Positions 10,423 to 20,310 of a stretch of 64,000 nt of DNA are shown here, one piece after another. The position numbers and the translations under genes were made by a program. The first letter of the stretch is position 1, and every line of letters starts with the position of its first letter. This DNA is from an uncultured Candidatus Rokubacteria bacterium (GTDB lineage: Bacteria; Methylomirabilota; Methylomirabilia; Rokubacteriales; CSP1-6). The notes below the pieces were generated by a model. It had not been told where the DNA came from. It saw nothing but the letters and a program-made list of their open reading frames with translations, and searched no databases. The stretch lies in NCBI GenBank assembly GCA_963771355.1, contig CAVYTA010000006.1, positions 448,001 through 512,000 of the forward strand. The letters are read 5' to 3'.

Positions 10423-12324
10423 TCACCGTCCCGCGGGGATCTTGTCGGCGACCCAGTCCAGACCGAGATCGGCCAGCTTGGCGCGCGTCGGATAACCGGT
10501 GGCGGGATCGCAGCCGGCCATCTGGTAGTAGCTTGTTCGCGCGCGCTCGAACTCCTCGCCCGTCAGCGCCACGCCCGCGGTGGGCCCGGTACCGGCGAGC
10601 GGCTTGAAGAGCTTCTTCGGCAGCACGTCCGAGTCCTTGCCGATGCCCTCGCGCGCGTTCAGCGCGCGGAGCAGGTGTATGCGCCGCTCGCCCACCTGGA
10701 TCAGCTCCTCGATGGTGGCGTCCCAGCCGGTGCCCGACTTGACCAGCTCCACCGTCTCGGACGGGCCGTAGAGCTGCCACGAGGGCCCCCACACGAACTG
10801 GCAGAGCCCGAGGGTGTCGAGCGCAGAGTAGAAGGCCTGCGAGCGATAGGCGAAGCGGACCTTGGCGTCGGAGAGGTCGCGAAGGTCGAGGTTCTCGGCC
10901 ACTCCGATCTCGCCCAAGCGCCGGTGCTGGAGGCTGCCGGGCTTGGCCCGCAGCGCGGAGTCGTGCTCGGAGGACTGATGGTCGGCGCCGAAGGGGTTCA
11001 CCGCATAGATCAGGCCGAGAGAGCGCTTGTGCTGGGGCATGTGGGCCGGCAGCTCCTGGCCCTTGACGGTGACGGTGAGATCCACCGCCGCGGGGCCCAG
11101 GCTCTGCGCCGCACGGAGGCTGCCCTCGGCGAGGAGATCGCCCACCCCGCGGCGGAGCGCGATGGCCTCGATGGCCCGGAGCACGGACTGGCCGTCGCCG
11201 TAGGCGAGGCCGAGCCCCTGGTCGTCCAGCAGGCCTTTCTCCTTGGCTTCGATGGCCCACGCGATGGTGGCGCCGGCCGAGATGGTGTCCATCCCGTACA
11301 TGTTGGCGTCGGCGGAGGCCTTGGAGAGGAGCTTGAGATCACCCACGCCGCACATGGAGCCGAAGAAGGTGAGGGTTTCGTACTCGGGGCCGCCGTAGAT
11401 CGGATCCACCGTGAGGTCCGGGTCCCGGACCTCCACCGTCCGCTTGCACTTCACCACGCAGGCGTAGCAGGTGTCGCGCTCCTTGAGAATGGTCTTGGCG
11501 AGCACGGCGCCGTCGATGTCCTTGGACTGGGCGAAGGTGCCCTCGGTGTAGTTCCGCGTGGGCTGGCCGCCCATCTTGTCCTGGATGGCGAGCACGCCGG
11601 CGGTGCCGTACTGGCCGAACCACACGATGCCGGGATTCGCCTCCTGCAGCTCCTTCAGCCGCTTCACCAGCCCGCGGAATTCCTCCTGGTGCACCGGCTT
11701 CGGAGGCTTGGTGCCGCGCACCACCACCGCCTTGAGCCGCTTGGCGCCCATCACCGCGCCGAGACCCGTCCGGCCGTTGGCGCGATTGACCATGTTCATG
11801 ATGGCGGCGAAGCGCACGCGGTTCTCGCCCGCCGGGCCGATCTGGGCCACCTCGGCCTTCGGGTCGCCGACCTCATCCTTGAGGAGCTGGTCCACCTCGG
11901 CGGTGACCTTGCCCCAGAGATGTCCGGCCGGTCGCAGCTCCGCATGCCCGTCGTTCAGATAGAGATACACCGGCTGCTTCGACTCGCCCGTGAACACGAT
12001 GGCGTCGGCGCCTGCCGCCCGCATCTCGGCGGGAAAGAAGCCGCCGCACTGGCTGTCGCCGATGGCGCCGGTGAGGGGCGAGCGGGCGCAGGCGGTCATG
12101 CGACTCTGCCCGGAGATGGCCAGCCCGGTGAGCGGGCTCACCGCCATCACCAGGACATTGTCTGGCCCGAGCGGGTCGGCCCCGGCGGGCATGGACTGCA
12201 GCACGAGATAGGCGGCGAGCGCGCTGCCACCGGGATATTTCCGGTACACGTCCTCGGGGAGGATCTTGGTCTCGATGGTGCCGCGGCTGAGGTCGACGTG
12301 GTATACGGTGGCGGTCAGTGACAC
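10423..12324 (-). CDS. aor: Aldehyde:ferredoxin oxidoreductase family (W/Mo bis-pterin)
   Basis: YHVDLSRG, ARSPLTG, IGPAGENRVRFA, GRTGLGAVMGAKRLKA, CYACVVKC, GPEYET, GMDTIS; GTG start at 12324 after GAGGAG. Confidence 0.9.
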   Translation of the reverse strand: MSLTATVYHVDLSRGTIETKILPEDVYRKYPGGSALAAYLVLQSMPAGADPLGPDNVLVMAVSPLTGLAISGQSRMTACARSPLTGAIGDSQCGGFFPAEMRAAGADAIVFTGESKQPVYLYLNDGHAELRPAGHLWGKVTAEVDQLLKDEVGDPKAEVAQIGPAGENRVRFAAIMNMVNRANGRTGLGAVMGAKRLKAVVVRGTKPPKPVHQEEFRGLVKRLKELQEANPGIVWFGQYGTAGVLAIQDKMGGQPTRNYTEGTFAQSKDIDGAVLAKTILKERDTCYACVVKCKRTVEVRDPDLTVDPIYGGPEYETLTFFGSMCGVGDLKLLSKASADANMYGMDTISAGATIAWAIEAKEKGLLDDQGLGLAYGDGQSVLRAIEAIALRRGVGDLLAEGSLRAAQSLGPAAVDLTVTVKGQELPAHMPQHKRSLGLIYAVNPFGADHQSSEHDSALRAKPGSLQHRRLGEIGVAENLDLRDLSDAKVRFAYRSQAFYSALDTLGLCQFVWGPSWQLYGPSETVELVKSGTGWDATIEELIQVGERRIHLLRALNAREGIGKDSDVLPKKLFKPLAGTGPTAGVALTGEEFERARTSYYQMAGCDPATGYPTRAKLADLGLDWVADKIPAGR

Positions 12325-12427
12325 TCCGAATCTCCTCTCTCCAGCGGCGCGCATCGGCGGCCGTTCCTGGCATGCCAACCCTGGGGTGGATAGTACCCCG
12401 CGGCGGCGCCGAAGGGCAGGGGGATTG

Positions 12428-12724
12428 ATGGGCGGCCGTCGCCTCGCCGCGCGGATGCTGCTGGTGGGCTCGCTCGTCGCCGCGCCGGCGAGCGCTGCGT
12501 CGGCGCAGACGCCCGACCGGCCGCCTCCACGGCCGGGAATCGCGCCGGAGACGCCCTGGGCTTGCCCGGCCAGCCATCCGATCAAGGGCTATCTCACCGA
12601 CGAATCGGGGCGGGTCTATCACCGGCCGGGATCGCGCTACTACGAGGAGACGAGCCCGGACCGCTGCTACGCCACCGAGGAGGAGGCGAGAGACGATGGC
12701 ACTCGCCGCGCGCCCGACGGCTAG
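12428..12724 (+). CDS. Small secreted protein with a 'sunset'-type domain (IKG...YHxPG..YY...C.ATEEEA), as found C-terminal to thermonucleases
   Basis: Signal-like N-terminus ending ASA; CPASHPIKGY...VYHRPGSRYYEETSPDRCYATEEEA. Confidence 0.65.
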   Translation: MGGRRLAARMLLVGSLVAAPASAASAQTPDRPPPRPGIAPETPWACPASHPIKGYLTDESGRVYHRPGSRYYEETSPDRCYATEEEARDDGTRRAPDG

Positions 12725-12771
12725 CCGGCGGCCCATAAAAGCCGCCGGCGGGTTTTGCGGCAGCCGGCTAG
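12721..12771. terminator. Near-palindromic bidirectional terminator between convergent genes
   Basis: CTAGCCGGC...AAAA GCCGCCGGCGGG TTTT...GCCGGCTAG; inverted repeat with A and T tracts, bounded by both stop codons. Confidence 0.6.
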
Positions 12772-13697
12772 GCGCGCTCGAGGGCGGGCAGCGTGGCCGG
12801 GTCCGCGAGGGGCGGGTTCGCGGTGGGGCCCTCGCCCGCCACCGTGGTGCGCCGCATGATGCGCGGGTACCGAGCGGAGTCCCAGGGCCGGCCGCGGTGC
12901 AGCACGCAGCGGTTGTCCCACATCACGAGGTCCCACTGCTTCCACACGTGCCGGTAGACGCGCTCCGGCGCGGTGGTCAGGGCGAGCAGCTCGTCGAGGA
13001 GGCGCCGGCTCTCGCCGTAGGGCAGCCCCTCGATGAACCAGGCGTGCGAGCCGATGTAGAACGTCTTCCGGCCATTGGCGGGATTGGCGCGCACGAGCGC
13101 GTGGCGCACCGCGGGCAGCGCGGCGGCCTGCGCGGGATCGAAGAGATCCTTGGCGATGAGGTTGCGGGAGTAGATGATGCTGTGCACCGCCACCTTGCCT
13201 TCGAGCCGTGCCTTGACGTCGTCGGGGAGGTCCGCCCAGGCGTGGCGCATGCTCGCGAACTCCGTCTCGCCGCCCACCGGGGGCACCTCGCGGCCCGACA
13301 GCGCGGAGGAATGCGCGGGCACCGGCTTGAAGGAGCTGTCGGTGTGCCAGAGCTGGTTGCCGGAATGGTAGAGCATCCGGCGGTCGCTCCAGTCCATGAG
13401 GCCGCCGTGATCGGGGTCGGTGTTGGAGAGGTCCACCAGCTTCGGATCGTAGCGGGCCTCCTGGCCCGGCGACACGATGGTGTTCTCGAGGGGACCCCAG
13501 CGCTCGCTGAAGATCTTCTGCTGGGCGTCGGTGAGCTGCTGGTCGTGGAAGACCAGCACCGAGAATTCGTCGAAGGCCTCGGCGATGCGACGGAAGGTCC
13601 CGTCGGACAGCGGCCGGGTCAGATCCACGCCGTCCACCCGGGCGGCCAGACACGCATGGAGCGGGACGATGGAGAGTGCTTCCGTGGAGATGGCCAT
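12768..13697 (-). CDS. TauD/TfdA family 2-oxoglutarate-dependent dioxygenase
   Basis: WHTDSSF (HxD), GGETEFAS, WDNRCVLHRG, MRRTTV; AAGGAGG RBS before MAIST. Confidence 0.92.
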   Translation of the reverse strand: MAISTEALSIVPLHACLAARVDGVDLTRPLSDGTFRRIAEAFDEFSVLVFHDQQLTDAQQKIFSERWGPLENTIVSPGQEARYDPKLVDLSNTDPDHGGLMDWSDRRMLYHSGNQLWHTDSSFKPVPAHSSALSGREVPPVGGETEFASMRHAWADLPDDVKARLEGKVAVHSIIYSRNLIAKDLFDPAQAAALPAVRHALVRANPANGRKTFYIGSHAWFIEGLPYGESRRLLDELLALTTAPERVYRHVWKQWDLVMWDNRCVLHRGRPWDSARYPRIMRRTTVAGEGPTANPPLADPATLPALERA

Positions 13698-13761
13698 GAC
13701 CGTCCTCCTTGGTCGCGATGATAAAGAAGCATAGACTCTCTGGCAAGGAGGAGGGGACCCC

Positions 13762-13977
13762 GTGGAATATCTCATCGTGCACTTTCCGCGGTCGCGCCGG
13801 GTGAAGGTGGACGACGAGTTCAACGGCCGCACCGACGAGCTGATCGAGCTCGAGCCCGGCAGCCACGTCGTCACCCTGGGGCCACCCGACAACTTCACCC
13901 CCTACGAGCGGCGCCTCGTGCTCAAGGAGACCTCCGAGCTCGAGCCCCGGGAGATCAGCTTTGACCTCGACGAGTAG
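13762..13977 (+). CDS. Small acidic hypothetical protein (PEGA-like beta fold)
   Basis: Strong AGGAGGAGG RBS, GC-typical codon usage, VKVDDEFNGRT...LEPGSHVVTL pattern. Confidence 0.65.
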   Translation: MEYLIVHFPRSRRVKVDDEFNGRTDELIELEPGSHVVTLGPPDNFTPYERRLVLKETSELEPREISFDLDE

Positions 13978-15373
13978 GCGCGCGCGGCCGCTGCTCGCCG
14001 GTCTGCTCCTGACCCTGGCCGGCTGCGCGCACTGGGTGGTCAACGATCCCCTGGTGGCGGGCCGTCCCGCGCCCGACTACCGCTTCGAGCGGGCGGCGGC
14101 CACGGGGAAGAACACCAACTCGCTGTTCGTCTGCCTCGCCTTTTCCGGCGGGGGCACCCGCGCCGCCGCGCTGTCCTACGGCGTGCTGGACAAGCTCCGC
14201 CAGACGCGTATCACGTGGAAGGGCGAGGAGAAGAGCCTGCTCGACGAGGTGGACTGCATCTCCTCCATCTCGGGGGGCTCCTTCACCGCCGCCTACTACG
14301 GGCTCTTCGGAGCGCGGATCTTCCAGGAGTTCCGCCCCCGGTTCCTCGACGTGAACGTGGAGCGCGCGCTGGCCGCCCGCGTCGCCAACCCGCTGAACTG
14401 GTTCCGGCTCCTCTCGCCCAACTTCGACCGCATCGACCTCGCCGCCGAGTACTACACCGAGGCGATCTTCGAGGGCAAGCGCTTCGACGCCCTCGCGGAG
14501 CCCGGACGCCGGCCCTTCGTCATCCTCAATGCCACCAATCTCGCCAACGGCGAGCGGTTCGAGTTCACCCAGGACCAGTTCGACGTGCTGGTGTCCGACC
14601 TCTCCACCTTCCCGGTGGGGCGGGCGGTGGCGGCCTCCTCCGCCTTTCCCTTCCTCTTGAGCCCGGTCTCGCTGAAGAACCACCCGCACCCGGCGGGCTT
14701 CGCGCTGCCGCGCGACATCCGCGAGGGGCTCAACGACTACGAGGCCAACCGGCGCCGCTACTACTGGGCGCGGAACCGGGCCCTGTACGTCGACGACGCC
14801 ACCCGTCCCTACCTCCACCTGATGGACGGCGGCCTCGCCGACAATATCGGTCTCCGGCCCATCGAGTCGGCCTACCGGCGCAGCAGCGGTTTCATCCGGC
14901 GCCTCATGAACGAGGGCGAGATCGAGAAGCTGGTGATCATCGTGGTGAACGCGGGAACGCAGAGCGTGGACACCATCAGCAGCAAAGGGAGCCCGCCCGG
15001 AGTGGACGTGGTGGCGGTCAAGACCGCCACCGTGGCCATGGGCAACTACAGCACCGAGACGGTGGAGGTGATGAAGGAGCTGCGCGAGACTCGCGAGCGC
15101 GCCCAGCGCAATCTGGCGGCCTGCCAGCGCCGCCTGGCGGACTGTCCGGGAGCGCCCGCCCTGCCGCGGCTGGCCAGCGAGATCGATCCCTATGTGGTGG
15201 AGGTCAACTTCGAGGCCATCGCCGACCCTGCCCGCCGGGACTGGTTCTGGCATTTGCCCACGAGCTTCAAGCTGACCGTGGAGCAGGTGGACGCGCTGCT
15301 GGCGGTGGGCCCGGAGCTGCTGGGGGCCGCGCCCGAGTTCAAGGAGCTGCTGGAGTCGCTGGGCGCGCGCTGA
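13961..15373 (+). CDS. Patatin-like phospholipase, lipoprotein
   Basis: LAGC lipobox; SGGGTRAA oxyanion motif, SISGGS nucleophile elbow, DGG catalytic Asp. Confidence 0.88.
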   Translation: MTSTSRRARPLLAGLLLTLAGCAHWVVNDPLVAGRPAPDYRFERAAATGKNTNSLFVCLAFSGGGTRAAALSYGVLDKLRQTRITWKGEEKSLLDEVDCISSISGGSFTAAYYGLFGARIFQEFRPRFLDVNVERALAARVANPLNWFRLLSPNFDRIDLAAEYYTEAIFEGKRFDALAEPGRRPFVILNATNLANGERFEFTQDQFDVLVSDLSTFPVGRAVAASSAFPFLLSPVSLKNHPHPAGFALPRDIREGLNDYEANRRRYYWARNRALYVDDATRPYLHLMDGGLADNIGLRPIESAYRRSSGFIRRLMNEGEIEKLVIIVVNAGTQSVDTISSKGSPPGVDVVAVKTATVAMGNYSTETVEVMKELRETRERAQRNLAACQRRLADCPGAPALPRLASEIDPYVVEVNFEAIADPARRDWFWHLPTSFKLTVEQVDALLAVGPELLGAAPEFKELLESLGAR

Positions 15374-15376
15374 CGG

Positions 15377-16267
15377 TCAGGCGCCGGGCGCGGCGGCGGA
15401 GAACGTGTCGCAGCGGCGCGGATCGCCGCTCTCGAGGCCGGTGCGGAACCAGCGCACGCGCTGCTCCGAGGAGCCGTGGGTGAAGGACTCGGGCGCCACC
15501 TGGCCCCGCGTCTGACGCTGGAGGCGGTCATCGCCGATGGCGGCGGCGGCGCCCAGCCCGGACTCCACGTCACCGGCCTCGAGCAGCCCGCGCTGCTTCG
15601 CGTAGGAGCCCCACACCCCGGCCAGACAGTCCGCCTGGAGCTCCAGCCGTACCGACAGCTGATTGCCCCGCGCGCCTCCCGCCCGCTGCCGCTCCTGGGC
15701 CACCTTGTCCGTGATGCCCATGAGGTTCTGCACGTGGTGGCCGATCTCGTGGGCGATCACGTAGGCGCGGGCGAACTCGCCGGGAGCGCCGAAGCGCTTG
15801 GAGAGATCCTCGAAGAAGGCGCGGTCGAGATAGACGCGCTCGTCCGCCGGGCAGTAAAAGGGGCCCACCGCGGAGCTGGCCATCCCGCAGGCCGATTCCA
15901 CTGCGCCGCGGAAGAGCACCAGGCGCGGGGCCCGGTACTGGCTCTGCAGGTCACGGAACAACTTGCTCCAGGTGTCCTCGGTGTCGCCGAGCACGCGCGC
16001 CACGAATTCCTTGGTCTCGTCGCGCGCGCCGGAGGGCGTGGACGAGGACGGCGGGGCGACCTCCGGTGCGGGCGCGGTGGGCACCCCGCCGCCCTGCATC
16101 GAGACGATGACGTCCAGGGGATTGAGGCCGAGGAGGAGGCTGATGGCGACCACCGCGATCAGCCCGAAGCCGCCGAGCTTGAAGCCGGCGCCGCCAAAGC
16201 CGCGAGGCGGTCCCGCGCCCTCGCGATCCTCGACATTGCCGCTGCCCCGCATGTCTCGCCAGCGCAT
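15377..16267 (-). CDS. ypfJ: Neutral zinc metallopeptidase (YpfJ-like)
   Basis: MRW...SGNVEDR, GPFYCPAD, HEIGHH, ELQADCLAG, THGSSEQR. Confidence 0.9.
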   Translation of the reverse strand: MRWRDMRGSGNVEDREGAGPPRGFGGAGFKLGGFGLIAVVAISLLLGLNPLDVIVSMQGGGVPTAPAPEVAPPSSSTPSGARDETKEFVARVLGDTEDTWSKLFRDLQSQYRAPRLVLFRGAVESACGMASSAVGPFYCPADERVYLDRAFFEDLSKRFGAPGEFARAYVIAHEIGHHVQNLMGITDKVAQERQRAGGARGNQLSVRLELQADCLAGVWGSYAKQRGLLEAGDVESGLGAAAAIGDDRLQRQTRGQVAPESFTHGSSEQRVRWFRTGLESGDPRRCDTFSAAAPGA

Positions 16268-16305
16268 AATGATGCTCCCATTCAACCTAGCACAGGAGTA
16301 AAGCC

Positions 16306-17313
16306 ATGTCCGATCCGTCCCCCGAGCTGTTCTTCGAGACCGTCTGGGGCTACCAGCGCACCGCCGCGCTCAAGGGCGCCCTCGAGCTCGACCTGTTCAC
16401 CGCGGTGGGGGAGGGGAATGTCACCGCGGCGGCGGCGGCCGCGCGCTGCGGCGCCTCGACCCGCGGCGTGCGGATCCTCTGCGACTACCTCACCGTGGTC
16501 GGGTTCCTCGTGAAGGACGGCGATCGCTATGCGCTGACACCCGACTCCGCCGCCTTCCTCGACCGGCGCTCTCCCGCGTACCTGGGCGGCACCGTCGAGT
16601 TCACGCTCTCTCCCACCCTCGAGGAGGCCTTCCGCGACGTCGCGGGCGCGGTGCGGCGAGGGGGCACGGTGGCCGCCACCGGCGGCACGGTGGCCCCGGA
16701 CCATCCGGTATGGGTGCGATTCGCCCGCGCCATGATGCCCATGATGCGCGGGCCCGCCGAGGCGCTGGTGGACCTCGTGCCCGCGGATCCCGGGCGACCG
16801 CTGCGCGTCCTCGACATCGCGGCGGGGCACGGCCTCTTCGGGATCGCCTTCGCCCGGCGCTATCCGCTCGCCGAGGTGACCGCGGTGGACTGGGCGGGTG
16901 TGCTGGAGGTGGCGCGCGACAATGCCGTCGCGGCGGGTGTTGCGGAGCGCTACCGCGTCATCGCGGGCAGCGCCTTCGACGTGGAGTGGGGCGGGGGATA
17001 CGACGTGGCGCTCCTCACCAATTTCCTCCACCACTTCGATCCCGCCACCTGCGAGGGGCTCCTGGCGAAGGTCTACCGGGCGCTGACGCCGGGCGGGCAC
17101 GCGATCACGCTGGAGTTCGTGCCCAATGCGGACCGTGTCTCGCCCGCGCCAGCAGCGAGCTTCAGCTTCGTGATGCTCTGCTCGACTCCGGCGGGGGACG
17201 CCTACACCTTCGCCGAGCTGGACGCTATGCTCCGGCGGGCAGGCTTCGCGCGGAGCAGGCTGCACTCGCTGACGGAGGGGCCGCCGCAGCAGGCGATTGT
17301 CTCCGTGACGTAG
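16306..17313 (+). CDS. SAM-dependent O-methyltransferase with dimerisation domain
   Basis: ALELDLF N-terminal domain, LDIAAGHG, NFLHHF. Confidence 0.88.
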   Translation: MSDPSPELFFETVWGYQRTAALKGALELDLFTAVGEGNVTAAAAAARCGASTRGVRILCDYLTVVGFLVKDGDRYALTPDSAAFLDRRSPAYLGGTVEFTLSPTLEEAFRDVAGAVRRGGTVAATGGTVAPDHPVWVRFARAMMPMMRGPAEALVDLVPADPGRPLRVLDIAAGHGLFGIAFARRYPLAEVTAVDWAGVLEVARDNAVAAGVAERYRVIAGSAFDVEWGGGYDVALLTNFLHHFDPATCEGLLAKVYRALTPGGHAITLEFVPNADRVSPAPAASFSFVMLCSTPAGDAYTFAELDAMLRRAGFARSRLHSLTEGPPQQAIVSVT

Positions 17314-17330
17314 CGGGTCGCGCGGGGGCG

Positions 17331-18197
17331 CTAGCCGGGCGCGGGCGGGCGGCGCTCGAGGAGCCGCCGGGCGGCTTCCTCGACGGGAGGCGCAGCGGCG
17401 GTGTCCTTGTAGCTCTCGAGGCGGCGGTAGATGTCGGCGGCAGCGTCGTGGAAGCCCGACGGGAGCCCCACCGCGGCGAAGGCCTGCGCGATCTCCTCCA
17501 TCTCGCCCACGAAGCGCCAGGCCTTCCGCGCATTGTCGTGAACGGCCCGCTCGGAGCGCGCGGGCACGTCGGGCATGGAGATCTTCCACTCCGCCAGGAG
17601 CGCCGCGTCCACGCCCTCGGCGATGGCATAGGCGCGGATGGCGGCGAGCAGCCCCTGGCTGGCCTTGTTCCATCCGGCGAAGGCCACCTTGAGCGCGGAG
17701 GCCGCGCCCGGGGGCCCGGTCAGCACGTGCGCGTCGATGGGGCCGGAGGCGAAGAGCGGCGCGACCTCGGCGGCGGCGGGACCGGAGAGGTAGATGCGTG
17801 CCGCGCCGGGCTTCCGGTTGGCGGGGCCGATGATCCCGCCGTCCACGAAGCGCGCGCCCGCCGCCTCGACCACCTCACCGATGGCGCGGGACGTGGCGGG
17901 GGCCACCGCGTTCGCGTCCACGTAGATCCCACGGAAGCCGAGCGCGGCCACCGCGCGGGCCTGCGCCAGCGCCGCGTGTGGCGGGGTCACCGAGACCACC
18001 ACGCCGGCGGCGGCCGTCACGCGGGCGAGGGAGCCGCCGTCCTCGAGGCCGAGCTCCATCGCGCGGGTCCGGGTCGCGGGGCTGCGCCCCTCGGACGACC
18101 AGAGCACGCGCCCGCCGCCCGCCACGAGGGTGGCGCCCACCGCCGAGCCCATCTCACCCGGGTGCAGCAGGCCTACCGTGGAATTCGTTCGCGCCAT
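17331..18197 (-). CDS. NAD(P)-dependent oxidoreductase (6PGD-like, DUF1932)
   Basis: LHPGEMG, FVDGGIIG, ASALK, KAWRFVGEMEEIA. Confidence 0.85.
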   Translation of the reverse strand: MARTNSTVGLLHPGEMGSAVGATLVAGGGRVLWSSEGRSPATRTRAMELGLEDGGSLARVTAAAGVVVSVTPPHAALAQARAVAALGFRGIYVDANAVAPATSRAIGEVVEAAGARFVDGGIIGPANRKPGAARIYLSGPAAAEVAPLFASGPIDAHVLTGPPGAASALKVAFAGWNKASQGLLAAIRAYAIAEGVDAALLAEWKISMPDVPARSERAVHDNARKAWRFVGEMEEIAQAFAAVGLPSGFHDAAADIYRRLESYKDTAAAPPVEEAARRLLERRPPAPG

Positions 18198-18288
18198 GAT
18201 CCCCTCTCCTCGATTGCGTTGGCCCCGATCCTGGTGCCGATCATACACCGTCGGCGGGACCCCGAGATTGCGGTAGGATCGGGCCGTC

Positions 18289-19665
18289 ATGAGCGAGCGC
18301 GCGGCGGAGGTCGTCATCTGCGGGGCCGGGATCGCGGGGGTGGCGCTGGCGTATCACCTCGCGGTGCGACGGGGCATGGCCGGGGTGGTGCTCGTGGACG
18401 AGCGGCCGCCGCTCTCCCTCACCAGCGACAAATCCACCGAGTCGTACCGGAACTGGTGGCCGGGTCCCGGCAACGACATGGTGGCGGTGATGAACCGCAG
18501 CATCGATCTCCTCGAGGAGCTGGCGCGCGAGAGCGGCAATGTCTTTCGCATGAACCGGCGCGGCTACCTCTTCGCCACCGCCGATCCCGCCCGGGTGCCG
18601 GACTTCGTGCGCGCCGCCGAGGAGGCGACCGGGCGCGGGGCGGGAGCCACCCGCCTGCACGCTACTCCGTCGAGCGACTATCGTCCGGCGCCCGCGGACG
18701 GCTTCGAGGAGCAGCCGGTGGGGGCCGACGTCATCACCGACCGGAGCCTGATCCGGCGGCATTTCCCCTACCTGGCGGAGGATACGGTGGCGCTGCTCCA
18801 CGCGCGCCGCTGCGGCTGGTTCAGCGGGCAGCAGCTCGGCATGTATCTGCTCGAGCGCGCGCGCGAGAAGGGCGCGCGCCTGGTCGAGGGGCGAGTGGAG
18901 ACGGTGGACGTCGCCGGAGGACGCGTGCGCGGCGTCACCCTGGCGGGACCGGGCGGGACCCGGCACATCGCCACGCCACGCTTCGTGAACGCGGCGGGCC
19001 CCTTCGCCAAGGCGGTCGGCCGTCTTCTCGGAGTGGAGCTGCCCGTGTTCTGCGAGCGCCATTGCAAGGTCGCCTTCAACGACACGCTGCGCGCGGTGCC
19101 CCGCGAGGCGCCCATGATGATCTGGACCGATCCGGTGCGGCTGCCCTGGACCGCGGACGAGCGCGAGGAGCTGCGGGAGTCCGACGCCATCCGCCATCTC
19201 CTCGAGGAATTACCCGCCGGCGTGCACGGCCGGCCCGAGGGCGCGGGCGAGAGCCCGGTGGTGCTCGGCATCTGGACCTATGACGTCGAGCCGGTGGAGC
19301 CGGAGTTCCCCATCGCGTTCGATCCGGCCTCCGCGGAAATTGTGATCCGCGGGCTCTCGCGGATGATCCCGGCGCTGGGCGGCTATGCGCAGCGCCTGCC
19401 CCGGTCTTTCGTGGACGGCGGCTACTACACCAAGACGGAGGAGAACCGCTTCCTTGCCTGCCCGCTCCCGGTGGAGGGGGCCTATCTCCTCGGGGGACTC
19501 TCCGGCTACGGCCTCATGTCCTCCAATGGTGCCGCCGATCTCCTGGCCGACCATATCGTCGGGCGCCCGCTGCCCGACTATGCGGGCGCCTTCCACCTGG
19601 ACCGCTACGCCGACCCCGCCTACCGGGCCCTCCTCACGAGCTGGGGGGACTCGGGCCAGCTCTAG
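18289..19665 (+). CDS. FAD-dependent oxidoreductase (DAO/sarcosine oxidase-like)
   Basis: GAGIAG FAD motif, VNAAGP, GLSGYG. Confidence 0.88.
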   Translation: MSERAAEVVICGAGIAGVALAYHLAVRRGMAGVVLVDERPPLSLTSDKSTESYRNWWPGPGNDMVAVMNRSIDLLEELARESGNVFRMNRRGYLFATADPARVPDFVRAAEEATGRGAGATRLHATPSSDYRPAPADGFEEQPVGADVITDRSLIRRHFPYLAEDTVALLHARRCGWFSGQQLGMYLLERAREKGARLVEGRVETVDVAGGRVRGVTLAGPGGTRHIATPRFVNAAGPFAKAVGRLLGVELPVFCERHCKVAFNDTLRAVPREAPMMIWTDPVRLPWTADEREELRESDAIRHLLEELPAGVHGRPEGAGESPVVLGIWTYDVEPVEPEFPIAFDPASAEIVIRGLSRMIPALGGYAQRLPRSFVDGGYYTKTEENRFLACPLPVEGAYLLGGLSGYGLMSSNGAADLLADHIVGRPLPDYAGAFHLDRYADPAYRALLTSWGDSGQL

Positions 19666-19742
19666 GAAGAGATGAGACGTAGCCTTTTAAGTTACTAGAA
19701 ACATGATCAAAATGGATACTTCATGTGGTCTCGATCCCGGCG

Positions 19743-19772
19743 TTTCACATCTGCACGGTCGCGGTGTCTCAT
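19743..19772 (+). promoter_or_regulatory. Putative ECF promoter, copy 1 (TTTCAC-N13-CGGTGTCTCAT)
   Basis: Identical bipartite motif with identical spacing at 21317-21346; lies directly upstream of the ECF sigma gene. Confidence 0.7.
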
Positions 19773-19782
19773 GAGTAGAGTG

Positions 19783-20310
19783 ATGGCTGACGAGGCATTC
19801 GAGATCGTGGTGGCCGCCCACCACGCCGAGATACACCGGTACCTCGTGCGCGTGACTCGACGCCCGGGGGATGCCGATGATCTGTCTCAGGAGACCTTCA
19901 TCCGGGCCTTCCGTGCGCACTCGGCCTTGCCGGCAGGGTCGAATGTCCGCGCCTGGCTCTTCACCATCGCGACGAATCTGTGTCGAAACTACTGGCGCTC
20001 GGAGTCGCGGCGTCGCCGGGCTTACGAGGCCGCCGGCGAGACCGCGGCGCACCACGAAGAAGCCGAAGGGGAGGGCGCGATGGTCATGGAGCAGGCGAGT
20101 GAGGAGATCGGGCGCATCGTCGCCGCGCTGCCGCTCCGCCAGCGACTGGCCTTCACGCTCCGCAAGGTCCACGAGCTCGAGTACGAGGCCATCGGCCGGA
20201 GCCTCGACTGCTCTCCCGATACCGCGCGGGCGCATGTCTTCCAGGCGCTGCGCAAGATCCGACGCGGGCTCGATGCCCCGGCCGGGGCCCGCACGGAGTC
20301 CAAGCGATGA
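19783..20310 (+). CDS. ECF-type RNA polymerase sigma factor
   Basis: Region 2: DADDLSQETFIRAF...AWLFTIATNLCRN. Region 4: LPLRQRLAFTLR...YEAIGRSLDCSPDTARAHVFQALRKIR. Start GTG 19780 or ATG 19783. Confidence 0.93.
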   Translation: MADEAFEIVVAAHHAEIHRYLVRVTRRPGDADDLSQETFIRAFRAHSALPAGSNVRAWLFTIATNLCRNYWRSESRRRRAYEAAGETAAHHEEAEGEGAMVMEQASEEIGRIVAALPLRQRLAFTLRKVHELEYEAIGRSLDCSPDTARAHVFQALRKIRRGLDAPAGARTESKR

